NCBI GenBank assembly: GCA_002256025.1
Contig: NKIB01014808.1
Span: forward strand, 1 to 40,409
Direction: 5' to 3'
From: Asterionella formosa
Taxonomy: Eukaryota
DNA: 40,409 nucleotides
Positions within the stretch are counted from its first letter, which is position 1. Each line of letters opens with the position of its first letter. Shown piece after piece: positions 25,382-36,530 of this stretch. The notes under the pieces are model-generated. The model saw only the letters and a list, made by a program, of their open reading frames with translations, was not told the origin of the DNA and did not search any database. A program made the position numbers and the translations under genes.

Positions 25382-26074
25382 ACTTGGTAACAGGTATCTG
25401 GTAGGAATACCTGGCACCCCAGCACCAGGACTTTCGGAGTTACCTGGAATATACCGGCTCTGGCATATTAATCATAAATACCATATGATACTTTTTACCG
25501 GTATTTCCCTGGCTGGGATACGGATTGATAGATATGTATGTATCAGGTACTCCGGAGTAGTTCGGATCTATGACAGCTAGCAACTAAAGGCACCACATGC
25601 ATGCATTCTTTACATTTGCTTGTGCATCTAATTAAGCCTTGGCAGCACACTACAACAGGGAATTGGACCCACTTGAGATTGGCTGCTCTATAAGAGCAAT
25701 GGTGTACTAATTCTTGCGTGGCAGGTGTGGCACATATCATCAGGAGAGAGCAGTCAAAACTGAAATGGTTTGCATAAAACATATGTTACCGGATCTTCCA
25801 AGTGGTTGCTGGTACAAGTACCAGGTGAGTACCAGTTACCCTGAATGTAGCCTACTGCCCTCATGAAACTGTACTGCCACAAACATACTGTATACACCAT
25901 GGAGGGTGATGTATATTTACAGCTACACAATCAAGTAAGTTCATTTCAGTGCTGCTGTAGCTACACAGTATACAATGAGCTACAAGCAGATGTAAGAACC
26001 ACAAGAAATGCATTAAACAGTATCATAAAGTTTTGGAATACTTCTGATGATGTCCATGTATCCAAATCACATCC

Positions 26075-26420
26075 AAGACTAGAAGCAACATCCTCAAGAG
26101 CAACCAGATCATGCTCAACCCAGTCAGTGAGAGCATAATGCCATAAGATTAATGTGATAAATAATGCTTAGGTTGTTTACCAGCATGGGCCATAAGCAAT
26201 GCACCTTGATGACCTTCATAGAGGAGGGTGGCAAATGTCTGAGGAACTTTCAGTTCATCAATAATGAAATGGAGGTACAGAGCCAGTTTTCCAGCATCAC
26301 TAGCAGTCAATGGTTCAGCTTAAGATGTGCTGAATATTCAAAACATGACTTGGATTTATTGAATGTTAATTTGACAGTGAGAAAGTTACATAAGAAAGTT
26401 TGGAATTGAAAGCCAGCCTA
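26075..26420 (-). mobile_element. Highly decayed Ty1/copia RNase H fragment
   Basis: Minus-strand translation AEPLTASDAGKLALYLHFIIDELKVPQTFATLLYEGHQGALLMA...HYALTDWVEHDLVALE aligns with the copia RNase H pattern (STEAE...YEDNQGA...RHI...DWVE). Catalytic motifs are eroded. Confidence 0.75.
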
Positions 26421-26706
26421 TCTCTTCTGGCAGGCATGGCAAGAATCATTGCTTGAGAGTCAAAGCTGAAAAGGCGGCATTGAACATGCATTACCAGACC
26501 TTCCCAGCATAGCCATCCTAGGTTCCAAAATGACAAAACCAACCCATGATAAACCCAACAGATGTGGCAATGATAGGCACTGGAACACAGGGAAACCCAC
26601 AGAATTAATTTTATTTTGAAACCTGCATTGCCCATGTTTCATCCCACTGCTATTATTTGGTTCACTCAATTTTATGTTGCCTCTCACTTGACCCATAGGG
26701 TGATAG

Positions 26707-26734
26707 AATACAATACAATACAATACAATACAAT
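26707..26734. repeat. (AATAC)5 microsatellite
   Basis: AATACAATACAATACAATACAATACAAT. Confidence 0.9.
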
Positions 26735-26913
26735 GCAGTTGTACAATAAAAGGAGCATGAGCAAATAATCATATGTTCCATTGCAGCCAGCTTCACAAGT
26801 GATCCTCAGGAATAAGGTTTGAATTGGTGCTCGCCAATGCCACGAAAGGCTAACTATACGTTGCCAACTTTAACCAGGCAAGCATCACGATTGAGCCAGC
26901 AGCCTAGAAAGTG

Positions 26914-27204
26914 TCATGAGCTTGTTCCACTCACAACCTTAACTCCCGGCATTTGGAGCATCTTCAAATGCTTCTGGCCCTTTCTCATTTTGTACTCAAT
27001 TGTCTTGAAATCTGACCTCGTCACTTGATGCGCCTGCTTACGAAACTCGTGTCTAGCATAGTTTGTGGTCGTTCCTTCACGCACCAACAAAGACGGAAAG
27101 GGAGAAATAGGATCAGTCAATCCATCCTTCTTGAATGCTTCCCTCAAGAAGGTTCGATAGAGGGCGAGGACTTCCTTTTGCATTCCAGAGAGTCGGGCTG
27201 ACAT
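26914..27204 (-). CDS. SDHAF1: Succinate dehydrogenase assembly factor 1 (LYR-motif protein, Sdh6/LYRM8 family), 96 aa
   Basis: MSARLSGMQKEVLALYRTFLR...ARHEFRK...DFKTIEYKMRKGQKHLKML matches the family pattern RLSGLQxEVLxLYR...F...DFxxIEYxLRxG. The start is placed at the ATG at 27204 rather than at the ORF-track start. Confidence 0.88.
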   Translation of the reverse strand: MSARLSGMQKEVLALYRTFLREAFKKDGLTDPISPFPSLLVREGTTTNYARHEFRKQAHQVTRSDFKTIEYKMRKGQKHLKMLQMPGVKVVSGTSS

Positions 27205-28002
27205 GAGGAAAGTAGGAATAATTGAAGTGAACGAGTTTGATCCGTTAGAAAGAGGGAACAGTGACCACAGACGTGGCACTGGTATTCGATTTTCATAGCC
27301 TGAGTCGACAAGCGAGATGGTCGGAGGATTCTTTGGTAACAGACGAGAATACGGAACAACACCATCACATGCCATCTTTTCGAACTCGGTACCTGGTACT
27401 GGTACCTGGTACACTGTTAGACTACCGGTCCCTGGTACTGGTACGATGATGACACAGAATTTGAAGTATTCACCAAGTCGTTCTTAGTACCAGGTACTAC
27501 CCCCATGACAATCGTAGGTTCCAGGTACCTGGTACCACCCAGTAGCCACTACAAAGCAGCAAGCAGAGCGAAGAGTTCAAGCAAACGACTTTTCATTATC
27601 CTGAACCCTAACGATAAATACAAGTACGTGTTATGCTGATGTTGCTTCCTTCATATGTGTCATGTGTACATACCGTTACCTGGTACCGGTAGTACATAGA
27701 TGTCATGTATGCAGGTAGTCTACCGGTAGCGAATAACAAAACAAAATACCTGATAGTCTACCGGGTAGTCCATTCCTGCTGGGTGACGACAGATCTTTAG
27801 TTGCCACACGCGAGTTATTGCTGACTTGATTGCATGCTCGGTCATTGATCACCACCACGGCAGGAGATCAATGCTGGTCGTAGGAGTACTTGGTACACCA
27901 GGGTACTACCGTCAATAATCCTTGTTACCAGTACCCCTGGAGATACATGCCGGTGCATTCATTCATAACACATTGTAGTTGTTGTTCCAGTATTCCCTTA
28001 CA

Positions 28003-29287
28003 ATGACGCTCATCGCCACTACTTTCCTTTGTCTTTTAGCTTCCATAAGCGCCTTCGCGCCATCGCCTGTCAAATCAAGCACAAGACATGGTTTGTTCAT
28101 GACTGCAGAGGGTCAAGGTCGCCGCTCGTTCATGACGAAGGTAAGGAACGAGCACCCTTGCTCGTCGCTTGCAATCTGTGACAATCAAGAACTTATCTCA
28201 CATTTGCTGTCTACAGTCTGCCAGTGCAGCTACCGCTGTGTCGTTTGCTGTTGCCACTGGCGGATCCGTTATCCCGATTAACGCGGCCGATGCCGTATCG
28301 TCGACAATGTGGGCTCCAGTGCCACTTCCTTTTGAAGACACTCTTTACGATGTTTCTTTTGATAGCCCCACACATGGTTACCTCGTTGGGGCTCGAGGTG
28401 CTTTTGCAGAAACGAGCGATGGAGGAAAGACTTGGGAAGCAAGATCCTTCTCAAACTTGGATGCCGAAGAAGAGGTTACTTACCGCTTCCAAGTTTGTTC
28501 GTTCAAGGATGGAGAAGGTTGGGTGTTGGGAAAGCCTACTCTTATGCTTCACACAAAGGACAGCGGAAAGTCTTGGGAACGCATCCCGTTGTCTCCCAAG
28601 CTTCCTGGTGAGCCGACCTCCATCCTCGCTCTTGGGTCGTCCAGGGCGGAGATGACCACGTCATCTGGAGCTGTGTATGTAACAGAGAACGCTGGACGAA
28701 ACTGGAAAGCTCAAGTGAAGGAGACCATCGACGCCACTTTGAACCGTATCAGTAGTAGTGGTGTGAGCGGCGCATCATATTTTACAGGATCCATCATCAA
28801 CCAAGTCCGTGACGACCAGGGTGCTTATTTGGCAGTCTCAAGTCGCGGTAACTTCTTCTTGACTTGGGAACCAGGCCAAGACTTCTGGATTCCTCATAAC
28901 CGTGGGACTCCTCGTCGTATTCAAAATATGGGATTTGTAGAAGGTGATATCAAGAAGGGTATTTGGATGACCTTGAACGGAGGGAAACTCTTTGTTAGCC
29001 CAAGTAATCCGGATTTGACACTTGACGACCCTGGGTTTGTGGAAGCCGACATCAAAACTGGTGGATACGGCATTACTGATGTTGCATGGAGAAATGAAAA
29101 GGAGGTGTGGGCTGTAGGAGGTTCAAACACCATGTATGTTAGTTTCGATGGAGGAAAGAAGTTTACCTTTGACAAGAGCGCTAATGCCATCCCTGGAAAT
29201 CTTTACAATGTGAAATTCTTCAAGGAGTTCAACAACATGGGTTGGGCCCTTGGAAGCAACGGGCTTCTCCTCCGCTACGTGGGCTAG
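28003..29287 (+). CDS. HCF136: Photosystem II stability/assembly factor HCF136/Ycf48, plastid-lumen targeted; join(28003..28140,28217..29287), 402 aa
   Basis: Signal peptide ending ISA-FAP, twin-Arg GRRSFM and phase-0 intron GTAAGG...TACAG. BNR/Asp-box repeats (TSDGGKTW, TKDSGKSW, TENAGRNW) and family motifs WERIPLSPKLPG, AVSSRGNFFLTWEPGQDFWIPHNR and RRIQNMGF. Confidence 0.96.
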
Positions 29288-31013
29288 GTAGTGCATGCAA
29301 AAGTGCGGAGTGCTGCCTTTCTGCAGTTTACTAATACAAGCTAGATATTGTGCAATTATCAATTAAATGGCGCAATTCGTTGGTGTGTATACTTGGTCAC
29401 TCAATCAATTGCACTATTGAAGATTTTGCTGTTGCTGCGAATTTTGTCTTGAGTTTGGTTTGTACTGTTCCTTGTCTCGCAGTGTCGTATTACGGAGCAG
29501 CACAAAAATACTCCTCAGAGGTTCATTGATACCTGAACAAGGGAAGTTGTGGGAAAGGGATACCAAGTGGTGGCTGTCCTTTTGATTTGTATCCATTGTG
29601 TCTGATTGGTTGAAAGCAGTACCAGATAATAACAACCCTGAGAGAATCAAGCAACTTCAATTGGGCTTTCAATGTCCTCGCTTCTCTTGATGATTCCCTC
29701 AGTAGGCAGCAATGGATGAAGTCTGCCACATCATATTCACCATAAATTTTAGCCTAGGTAGCTATAATCCCGTCATCAGTGATAATTTTTCTAGTGTATC
29801 ATCAGCATTGTTTATAGATGGTAAACATAAAAACAAGTCTAGACTAAACTGGTAATGGTATTCCATTTTGGTGAAGCAAAGAAGGCCGCATTGGCCTTGC
29901 CTTAAATAACGGAGTACCGGTACCTGGACTGGGCTGGACTGGACTGGAAGTGCCGCTTCAGATCATCAGCTTTTTGCGAACGACCCCCCAGAACTTGGTA
30001 TTCCTTGTACAAGAGCTATGTATGGCTATGTTCCTATACCGGGATATAAAACGTCGGGGGTGAACCCAGTCATCATACCTGTACATATGTACAGGACTGC
30101 TTAAGCAATGATGAAGACTTCCCAGCCATTCAATCGATCATATGAATGTCCCTATACTAACATACCTACATTTAGGAGCAGCTCTAGTATCAGTTTTGAA
30201 TTTTGGTACTGGTACCTTGGTACGGTACCTAGTTCCTACAGAGCGAGTCTGACAGAACTGCAATTAAACCACTACCTGGTACCTGGTCGTACCTGGTCCC
30301 ACATCAATCGAATCCGGATATCCAATGAATCAGATGCACCAGTCATATCGGAACCCGGTAAACGTGTTGCTGTAATTGTGCTGAAGCTAAATGTTTTAGC
30401 TTTCTTTATCCAAAATCAAATTGTTTATTCATTCAAAATGGCTGCAACTTGCCTGTACACCTGTTGTACTCCGGTAGGCTGACGCCTCCTACGCACGTGG
30501 TATGTATATATGTGTGCTTACCGGGACTATATAGTGTACAAGTGTAGACGATGTAGACTACCAGTAGACTACCGTTATTTATTGGTACATGCCGGTTTGA
30601 ATGCTGCAACATATAGGGTACATACGTAACTATACTGAATACCACTTGGCTGATGCGCATTGTTGCCAAATTGAAGCAAATTTCAAATCGTTTAGTATAT
30701 TTACTACTTTCATCTCTGTACGAGGTACTGTGGAGCCCGTAGAGTGAGATCTTTGTCTTGGCATCCCCAGGAACAATGCCACACGATTACAATCGAGGGA
30801 AAGTCATGCACAGACAAACTATCGCATTAATTCAAAGCAGACTACCTGGTACCAGGTAGTCATCATTGTTCTTTGGGTGCCGTTTTTGTTGCCCTCCTTT
30901 CTCGTTGTGGCTGTGAAAACTCTTGAAGTGCACGAAAAGGGGCTCAATCAGTTCGTATAACTAAGGATTCCCACTTGCTCAGTGAGCCCAGTGTCATAAT
31001 ATTATTATCCGCG

Positions 31014-32516
31014 ATGACAGAAGATGTGGCATCGACGTTTAGTCTTCGGGGGACGACCGACGAAAGCAGCGATCAAGATTTCGACATCTATGAAGACGAC
31101 GGCAACGATGGAGAAGTGAACGCATCAGAACGCTCTCTCATAAAGAGTATACTCGGAGGGAGCGATCGTTCCATTAATGGATTTGGCGGAGAAGGAGTAG
31201 CGAGGTCATTTGAAAAGAAAGAAGTGAGCTTTAGCATTTCCCCTGGATCGGCGGACTCGAGTGTAGCTGATATCGACAAGACCAGAGATGAGCTCTACAC
31301 AAAGCTTGACAAAGTAGAAATGAAACTGAAGCAAGCCGAAATAGATCTTACCGCGGAAAAAACGATGAGAAAGAAGAAGGAGCGGAACTTGATTAAGCTG
31401 GCAAAGGAACTGAACAAGCGAACTACTGAACAGGAAAAACGGGAGGAAGAAATCTCTCAGGTAAGTAGTGTCGACTCGTAGGTGTGTCACCTACATGTAT
31501 TCACTCTGATCTAACTCCTGAGCATTGTTTGGACCTTACAGTTGAAGGCAGAAGTTGCTACCTATGAAGCGAAATTATCGGCTACTCGGAAGGAGCTTGA
31601 CGAGCGAATTTCTGCAAACGAAGAAACGTCCAAGAGAAACATTTCTCAACTGGAAGAAGCACAAAAGAAGTATCGAGAAGCTGTTGCTGCTCACGACTCA
31701 AAAGTTTCTGAACTTACAAGATTCCAAGGACTGGAAATGGAGAGCCTCCGAGGCGACGTAAAGCGCGCTGATGACGAGAAAAACTCACTGCTATCGAAAA
31801 TCTCGCAACACCAGTCGGAAATGGATAGGAAGCTGGTCGATTCCTGCAAGATATTGCAGGAAACGAAGGATGAATTGGCTGCTGTTCAACAAAAGTACCG
31901 AGAAACTGTTCACGCACATGATTTGCGATTAGCTGAGCAGTCACGAGGACATTCAGAGCAGACAGAAGAATTGCGTCGTCAACTCCTTGCCGCAAATTTG
32001 GAGACGGATAAATTTCGTACACAATTCGCCAGTCTTCAAATGGTAGACGCGAGTTCAGACGAAGCCGCCAGAATTGTCGAACGGGCAATGCGATCGTCCT
32101 TCCCGGATCCAATTTCGGAAAATGGAAATTTGGTGGTTGGCAATATGCACATTTTCTTAAAATACATTGGCGTTGGCTTTATTGTCTTGTTTGCCGTTGG
32201 GTACCAGATGCACATGGTTTCGATGAATTCTATTTGCTCGCCGGTTGTCCCAGGTAAGCATTTGGACAAGGAAATGATATTCGAAGCGCCATGGTGGGCA
32301 CCTGCTTCGGCTAAGGGCAAGGCTTTTGACATTGTTTGTGGATCGCGTCTGCAAACGTCGATGCACTGGCAGTCAGGCCGTTTAACCATTTACACCAAGG
32401 AAGGCAAGGTGCTGCTCGACAGGAAAGCACCTTTAGCGATAGTTTATGGCGACATCATTGACTTTGTCGACAAGAAGGGAAAGGTTGAAACTTTGAAGAC
32501 TCCATGGGCACGCTAA
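31014..32516 (+). CDS. Hypothetical coiled-coil protein with one TM helix and a small C-terminal domain; join(31014..31460,31542..32516), 473 aa
   Basis: Phase-0 intron GTAAGT...TTACAG (31461-31541) joins two ORFs. Long E/K/L-rich heptad region, TM YIGVGFIVLFAVGY, and a tail containing CSPVVPG and EAPWWAP. Confidence 0.8.
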
Positions 32517-32656
32517 TTACATGGTGTACATGGTCATAAAGACCAGGGGAGGAAGGGTGTGCTAATCGTTTAAATAAAATCAACACAGAAGAAGGAGCTA
32601 GAGAGGACAATCATAGAATGCGACCAGTAAACCTATAGGCTGATTTGTTATGTGCA

Positions 32657-34597
32657 TTATTTCAGGATACACCTCCGTCGAAAAAGTAGCATAGCTGCGT
32701 TGAATACTGTGCTTGTTGCATACCACCGATGTTGTTGGCCCATGGCCAGCCATTTAGGCATTTCATGTTTTGATCTTGCCTTGAATGTTCCTGTCACTGC
32801 CGCTTGAATGCAATCATCCATACTTCCAAACCTAAAGCCTCGTTGAGTTAGTCCAGGCCCGTAGTGGGCATATTTGCCACTGTTGGTCATTATGGTTGCA
32901 TTCGGTTGCACGGGAATGACAGGTGGGTCAAGCAGCATGCACCAGCAAGTGTCATTGACGAACTCAACTCCAAATTCCTCAAGCGGCAAAATGTGACCTC
33001 GATCCTTTGCTTCTAAAAATAATTTCCTTGACATGCAGGCTATGATCCGAGTAGCATCGCTCTTCGTTGACTTGATCTCCTTCACGATTTCAACCAGCTT
33101 TTCACACTCGCAAAGTGAGAGGTGAGGATTTCCCAGAGCCACAAGATCAACTTTCTCATTGTCAGACGATGAATCGAGTGTATCGTAGCACGCTTTCATG
33201 TCGTCAAAATGCAGTTTCCGAGTTCTTCCACCCGAGTTTGCAAGCAATTGTTGAACAACCTGAGGTCTAAAGGCCTCTGGCGTGATGCCAGCAATATGAA
33301 TCAGAGGGGATGTTCCTGTTGTTCCATATGCTGCGCAAAATGCTTTCAGATGGTCACTTGTTACGATTTCCTTCCATTTCTCCATTCCAATCAAAATTGG
33401 GATTTGACCATCTGAAAGAGTACCACAAAGATGACCCAAGATCGGAAACAAGGCATCAATGCCACTGGCCTCTCGGTGATTCCATAGCAGTTCCATCAAA
33501 TCGGTGGCATCTAAAATAATGAGAGGTTGTCGATTTTCTTGAAGATGCACTCCAGTTGCGACTGTCTTGCCAACGATAGCGCAACAAATGTCTAAATAAT
33601 CTGCATACTTTTCCGTCCTGGCTCCCAGGACAGTGTTAGCGTAAACGACGGCATTGCTTTCACCCCATGCAACGTCCTGACCCAGTTTGGGTGGATCTTC
33701 CAATAGATATGGCGCACATGTGAAGGACATCTGACAACCCAATTCCAAGTAAGCGTCGCCCAGTGCAATGGCATTGAGAGCATGCACTTTCTTTACACCT
33801 AGGGCTTGCCAACGTTGTCGATCAGCAGAACCAGAATTCAGAGTGGTGGAGACACACACCTTTCCCCCAGCTGCAACCAGTCGTTGCACATACTCCAACC
33901 CTCCTGGTCCAATGTACGTACACCCGTCAACGTGCACCTTGGATATATCGACATAGATGGGTTTATCAGGAGAAGTTATGCGAGCGTAAGCAATCAATAC
34001 GCTCAGTGCCATGCGTTCCGCGTCACTCCTGGCCGATGCAAACATATGCTGCTCTTCTCGGTTCATGTCGAATCCTGATGGCGCACGATGGATATTCTGA
34101 ATGGACCGAGAAAGGCCGGCTATGTCTTTAGCTGAATTTCCAATCATGAGCTGACCTCCAGCAGCGACTTGACCGAACTTGGCGTTGCTTGCTAGCAAGT
34201 CGCCAAAGTTGTCCGTACCCAAACAAATTATATCAGGAATCTTCTTTTTGAAGACAGAAGATGCAACAAGAGCACCGACACAAGCCATAGCATCTACATC
34301 ACGTAAAACAATAGCTCGTGGCGCCCTGTTGTTGAGGATCAGTTCTAGAAGTACTTGCGACGCTGTACAGGATCCCCGTCCAGATGGTAGACACATTATT
34401 TTGTCGGCAACATTCTGACCGTACCAAGGGTGGCTGACATCGATGACACTGCCAGTAATCGGGTCAATACCACCCCAAAACGAAAGTCCGACAGTCGTTG
34501 TCATGATTTCCGAGGTTTCTGTCGATCCTCCTCCAGCCACGAGTACTCTTCCTTCCACCAACGACATGGTGTTTCCGGCAATATCACCTGTGGGCAT
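32657..34597 (-). CDS. Aconitase X, fused type I (swivel DUF126 plus catalytic DUF521); cis-3-hydroxy-L-proline dehydratase (LhpI)-like
   Basis: SFWGGIDP, GRGSCTAS, HVDGCTYIGPGGL, FTCAPYL, WGESNAVVYANTVLGARTEKY, GNPHLS, DTCWCM and TNSGKYAHYGPG. Single 646-aa ORF. The start could be the second Met (MSLVEGR, 34567) or an upstream exon. Confidence 0.9.
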   Translation of the reverse strand: MPTGDIAGNTMSLVEGRVLVAGGGSTETSEIMTTTVGLSFWGGIDPITGSVIDVSHPWYGQNVADKIMCLPSGRGSCTASQVLLELILNNRAPRAIVLRDVDAMACVGALVASSVFKKKIPDIICLGTDNFGDLLASNAKFGQVAAGGQLMIGNSAKDIAGLSRSIQNIHRAPSGFDMNREEQHMFASARSDAERMALSVLIAYARITSPDKPIYVDISKVHVDGCTYIGPGGLEYVQRLVAAGGKVCVSTTLNSGSADRQRWQALGVKKVHALNAIALGDAYLELGCQMSFTCAPYLLEDPPKLGQDVAWGESNAVVYANTVLGARTEKYADYLDICCAIVGKTVATGVHLQENRQPLIILDATDLMELLWNHREASGIDALFPILGHLCGTLSDGQIPILIGMEKWKEIVTSDHLKAFCAAYGTTGTSPLIHIAGITPEAFRPQVVQQLLANSGGRTRKLHFDDMKACYDTLDSSSDNEKVDLVALGNPHLSLCECEKLVEIVKEIKSTKSDATRIIACMSRKLFLEAKDRGHILPLEEFGVEFVNDTCWCMLLDPPVIPVQPNATIMTNSGKYAHYGPGLTQRGFRFGSMDDCIQAAVTGTFKARSKHEMPKWLAMGQQHRWYATSTVFNAAMLLFRRRCILK

Positions 34598-36349
34598 AGA
34601 TCATATATACTAGAAAATGTCTTGTTTGCGCACGAAAGGAAGAGGACAAGAAAGCTTGACGTTAGCGCTGCCGAATGGGGACTCGATTGCTATCATACTA
34701 TCCTCCCTTCATGGCGAATTATTATGTAATGAAGCATCACAGATCATCAAGCAACAAAGAAAAGCAACCACTCCGATGCAATTGCCCAAAACGTGGTGTG
34801 ATGTATCCCATCATTTATTCATAGAAGTATTTGGATACATACGATTGATGCTTCGAACTTCGAACACACCATGATTATAGGGAGGAATTTTGTATGTGCG
34901 TACCCTTATACTGATGGTACCGGTACCAGGTACCAGGGAATGTAGTACTCGAGGGAGTACACTAGTTCATACGTTAACTTGGGGAGATGGAAAATTAGCT
35001 ACCGGTAGCTTAGGTTCCGGCATGATTGAAAGAACACTAAACAAAAATTAAAATATTGCTCATGTACATACTAGGCCAAGCCTTGACAGAAACGCAAACA
35101 ACTGTTTACAGGATAAAATGCCACAGATGCATAACCAACCAAGTACCAAATTTTGATAACAGCATCATTTTCGTGAGTATACTTCCCAACACTTGAATTG
35201 CTGCATTTTCACACTGATTGGCTTTTTCAACCCTTTTTCCTCTTCTTTACAGATGGAGGCACATTCCAAGACAATTCTGGATGTTTGACACCAATACCCA
35301 ACCCAAGGGAGCCTGTCGGCAGCCTCAACTTCGACCAGCTTAATTGCAGTCTCTACCTCTTCCCCATTTACCAGCACAGCTTAACCCTCACACCTGATCT
35401 CCAATTTATGATAAGTCTCTAATATGAGATCAATCACTTCTTCTCCCCAACTTGTGAAATTTAAAAACAAGCCATTGTTTGAAGGGCCTTGACTGTAGAT
35501 CTTCTGTCACTACAGTCAATAACTTTCATTGCCTTGGCCACAGATGCTTTGCACGCTGCCTTGGCATCATCATCATAACAAAGATCAGTCATGCAAAGCA
35601 CCGCCACTGGTGCAATGAATGCAGTACAGTTGCTTTTGAAGTTTCGTCACTGCATCGGATTCTTTGATGACTGCTTCAATTGCCACCTCAGCTTTGGCCA
35701 CAACTATGCCCTCCCTGATTAGTATACAAGCCTACAGAAGCTGGACTCCATTATGCATAAATCAGAGCGAGAGGAGAAATATGGTGAGCGCACATAGATA
35801 TAATTCGTTAGAGATATGATCATCAAAGCAAAAGGTTGCAAAAATGAAGCACAGAAGGAGTGATTATATACCACATCGCTCCCTGCTATAATTTTGCTGA
35901 GTCTGATGCATATGTTTGGGGAGACACGAAAAAAGTCTAACTGTTTTGCAGTTACTGAGTCATATTTGAGATATGCACCTCTGTAAAGATTCAATGAAAA
36001 TTTAAAGATAAAAAATAATTAATCTGTATTTCTGTTTAGATCACCCCTTAGGGTTGCCGAATTTCCTAGGAATTAGGCATTTTTAGGCGTTGCTAATCTT
36101 GAATAACAAAACAATGATTCAATTTGTTGAATTATTGAAATTATTTTGAAATTGGCCCGTACGCAATATACAGTAGGTTTAACGTCTAAAAAATCCTTCA
36201 CAAGACTCCCATTCCGATAAGGGCATTTCAGCACATGGTGATTATGATTCCAATATTTTGGAGGCCGTTGAAAGGCCAATTTCGTTGTCTTTTTGGATGA
36301 CAATTGCTCAAAATTGCAGGGTTTGAACGAGATTTAACTAGATAGTTAA

Positions 36350-36530
36350 CCTTCAAAGAGCATCAGTATATAACATCTGGCGAGAAAGTGAAGGAGGGAA
36401 ATTCGACTTTTTACTATGCCTAGTAATAAACCTTTTCCCCTGAATTTTCTTATTTTTTTAGCATAGTAAAGAAACCAAAGTTACTTTTTGCACCTTCTCG
36501 CCAGACCCTATATCCTGACGATATATAGAG
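36350..36530. mobile_element. 181-bp MITE with imperfect terminal inverted repeats flanked by TTAA (piggyBac-type)
   Basis: TTAA at 36346-36349 and 36531-36534. Inverted arms: TCTGGCGAGAA (36376-36386) against TTCTCGCCAGA (36495-36505), TCAGTATATA against TATATCCTGA, and TTTACTATGC against GCATAGTAAA. Confidence 0.7.

Noticed and set aside
27205..27414. 70-aa N-terminal extension of the LYR ORF
   Set aside because: It starts at a non-ATG codon within GGTACC-type repeats (VPVPGT). Family homology begins at the Met at 27204.
35100..35720. CpG-poor coding-like remnant (similar tracts at 1-400, 29410-29830 and 36700-37100)
   Set aside because: Probably decayed TEs, but I could not identify a diagnostic motif, so they are not called.
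36049..36330. TAGGGTTGCC, a hAT-like left terminus
   Set aside because: No matching GGCAACCCTA end or 8-bp TSD found in the window.
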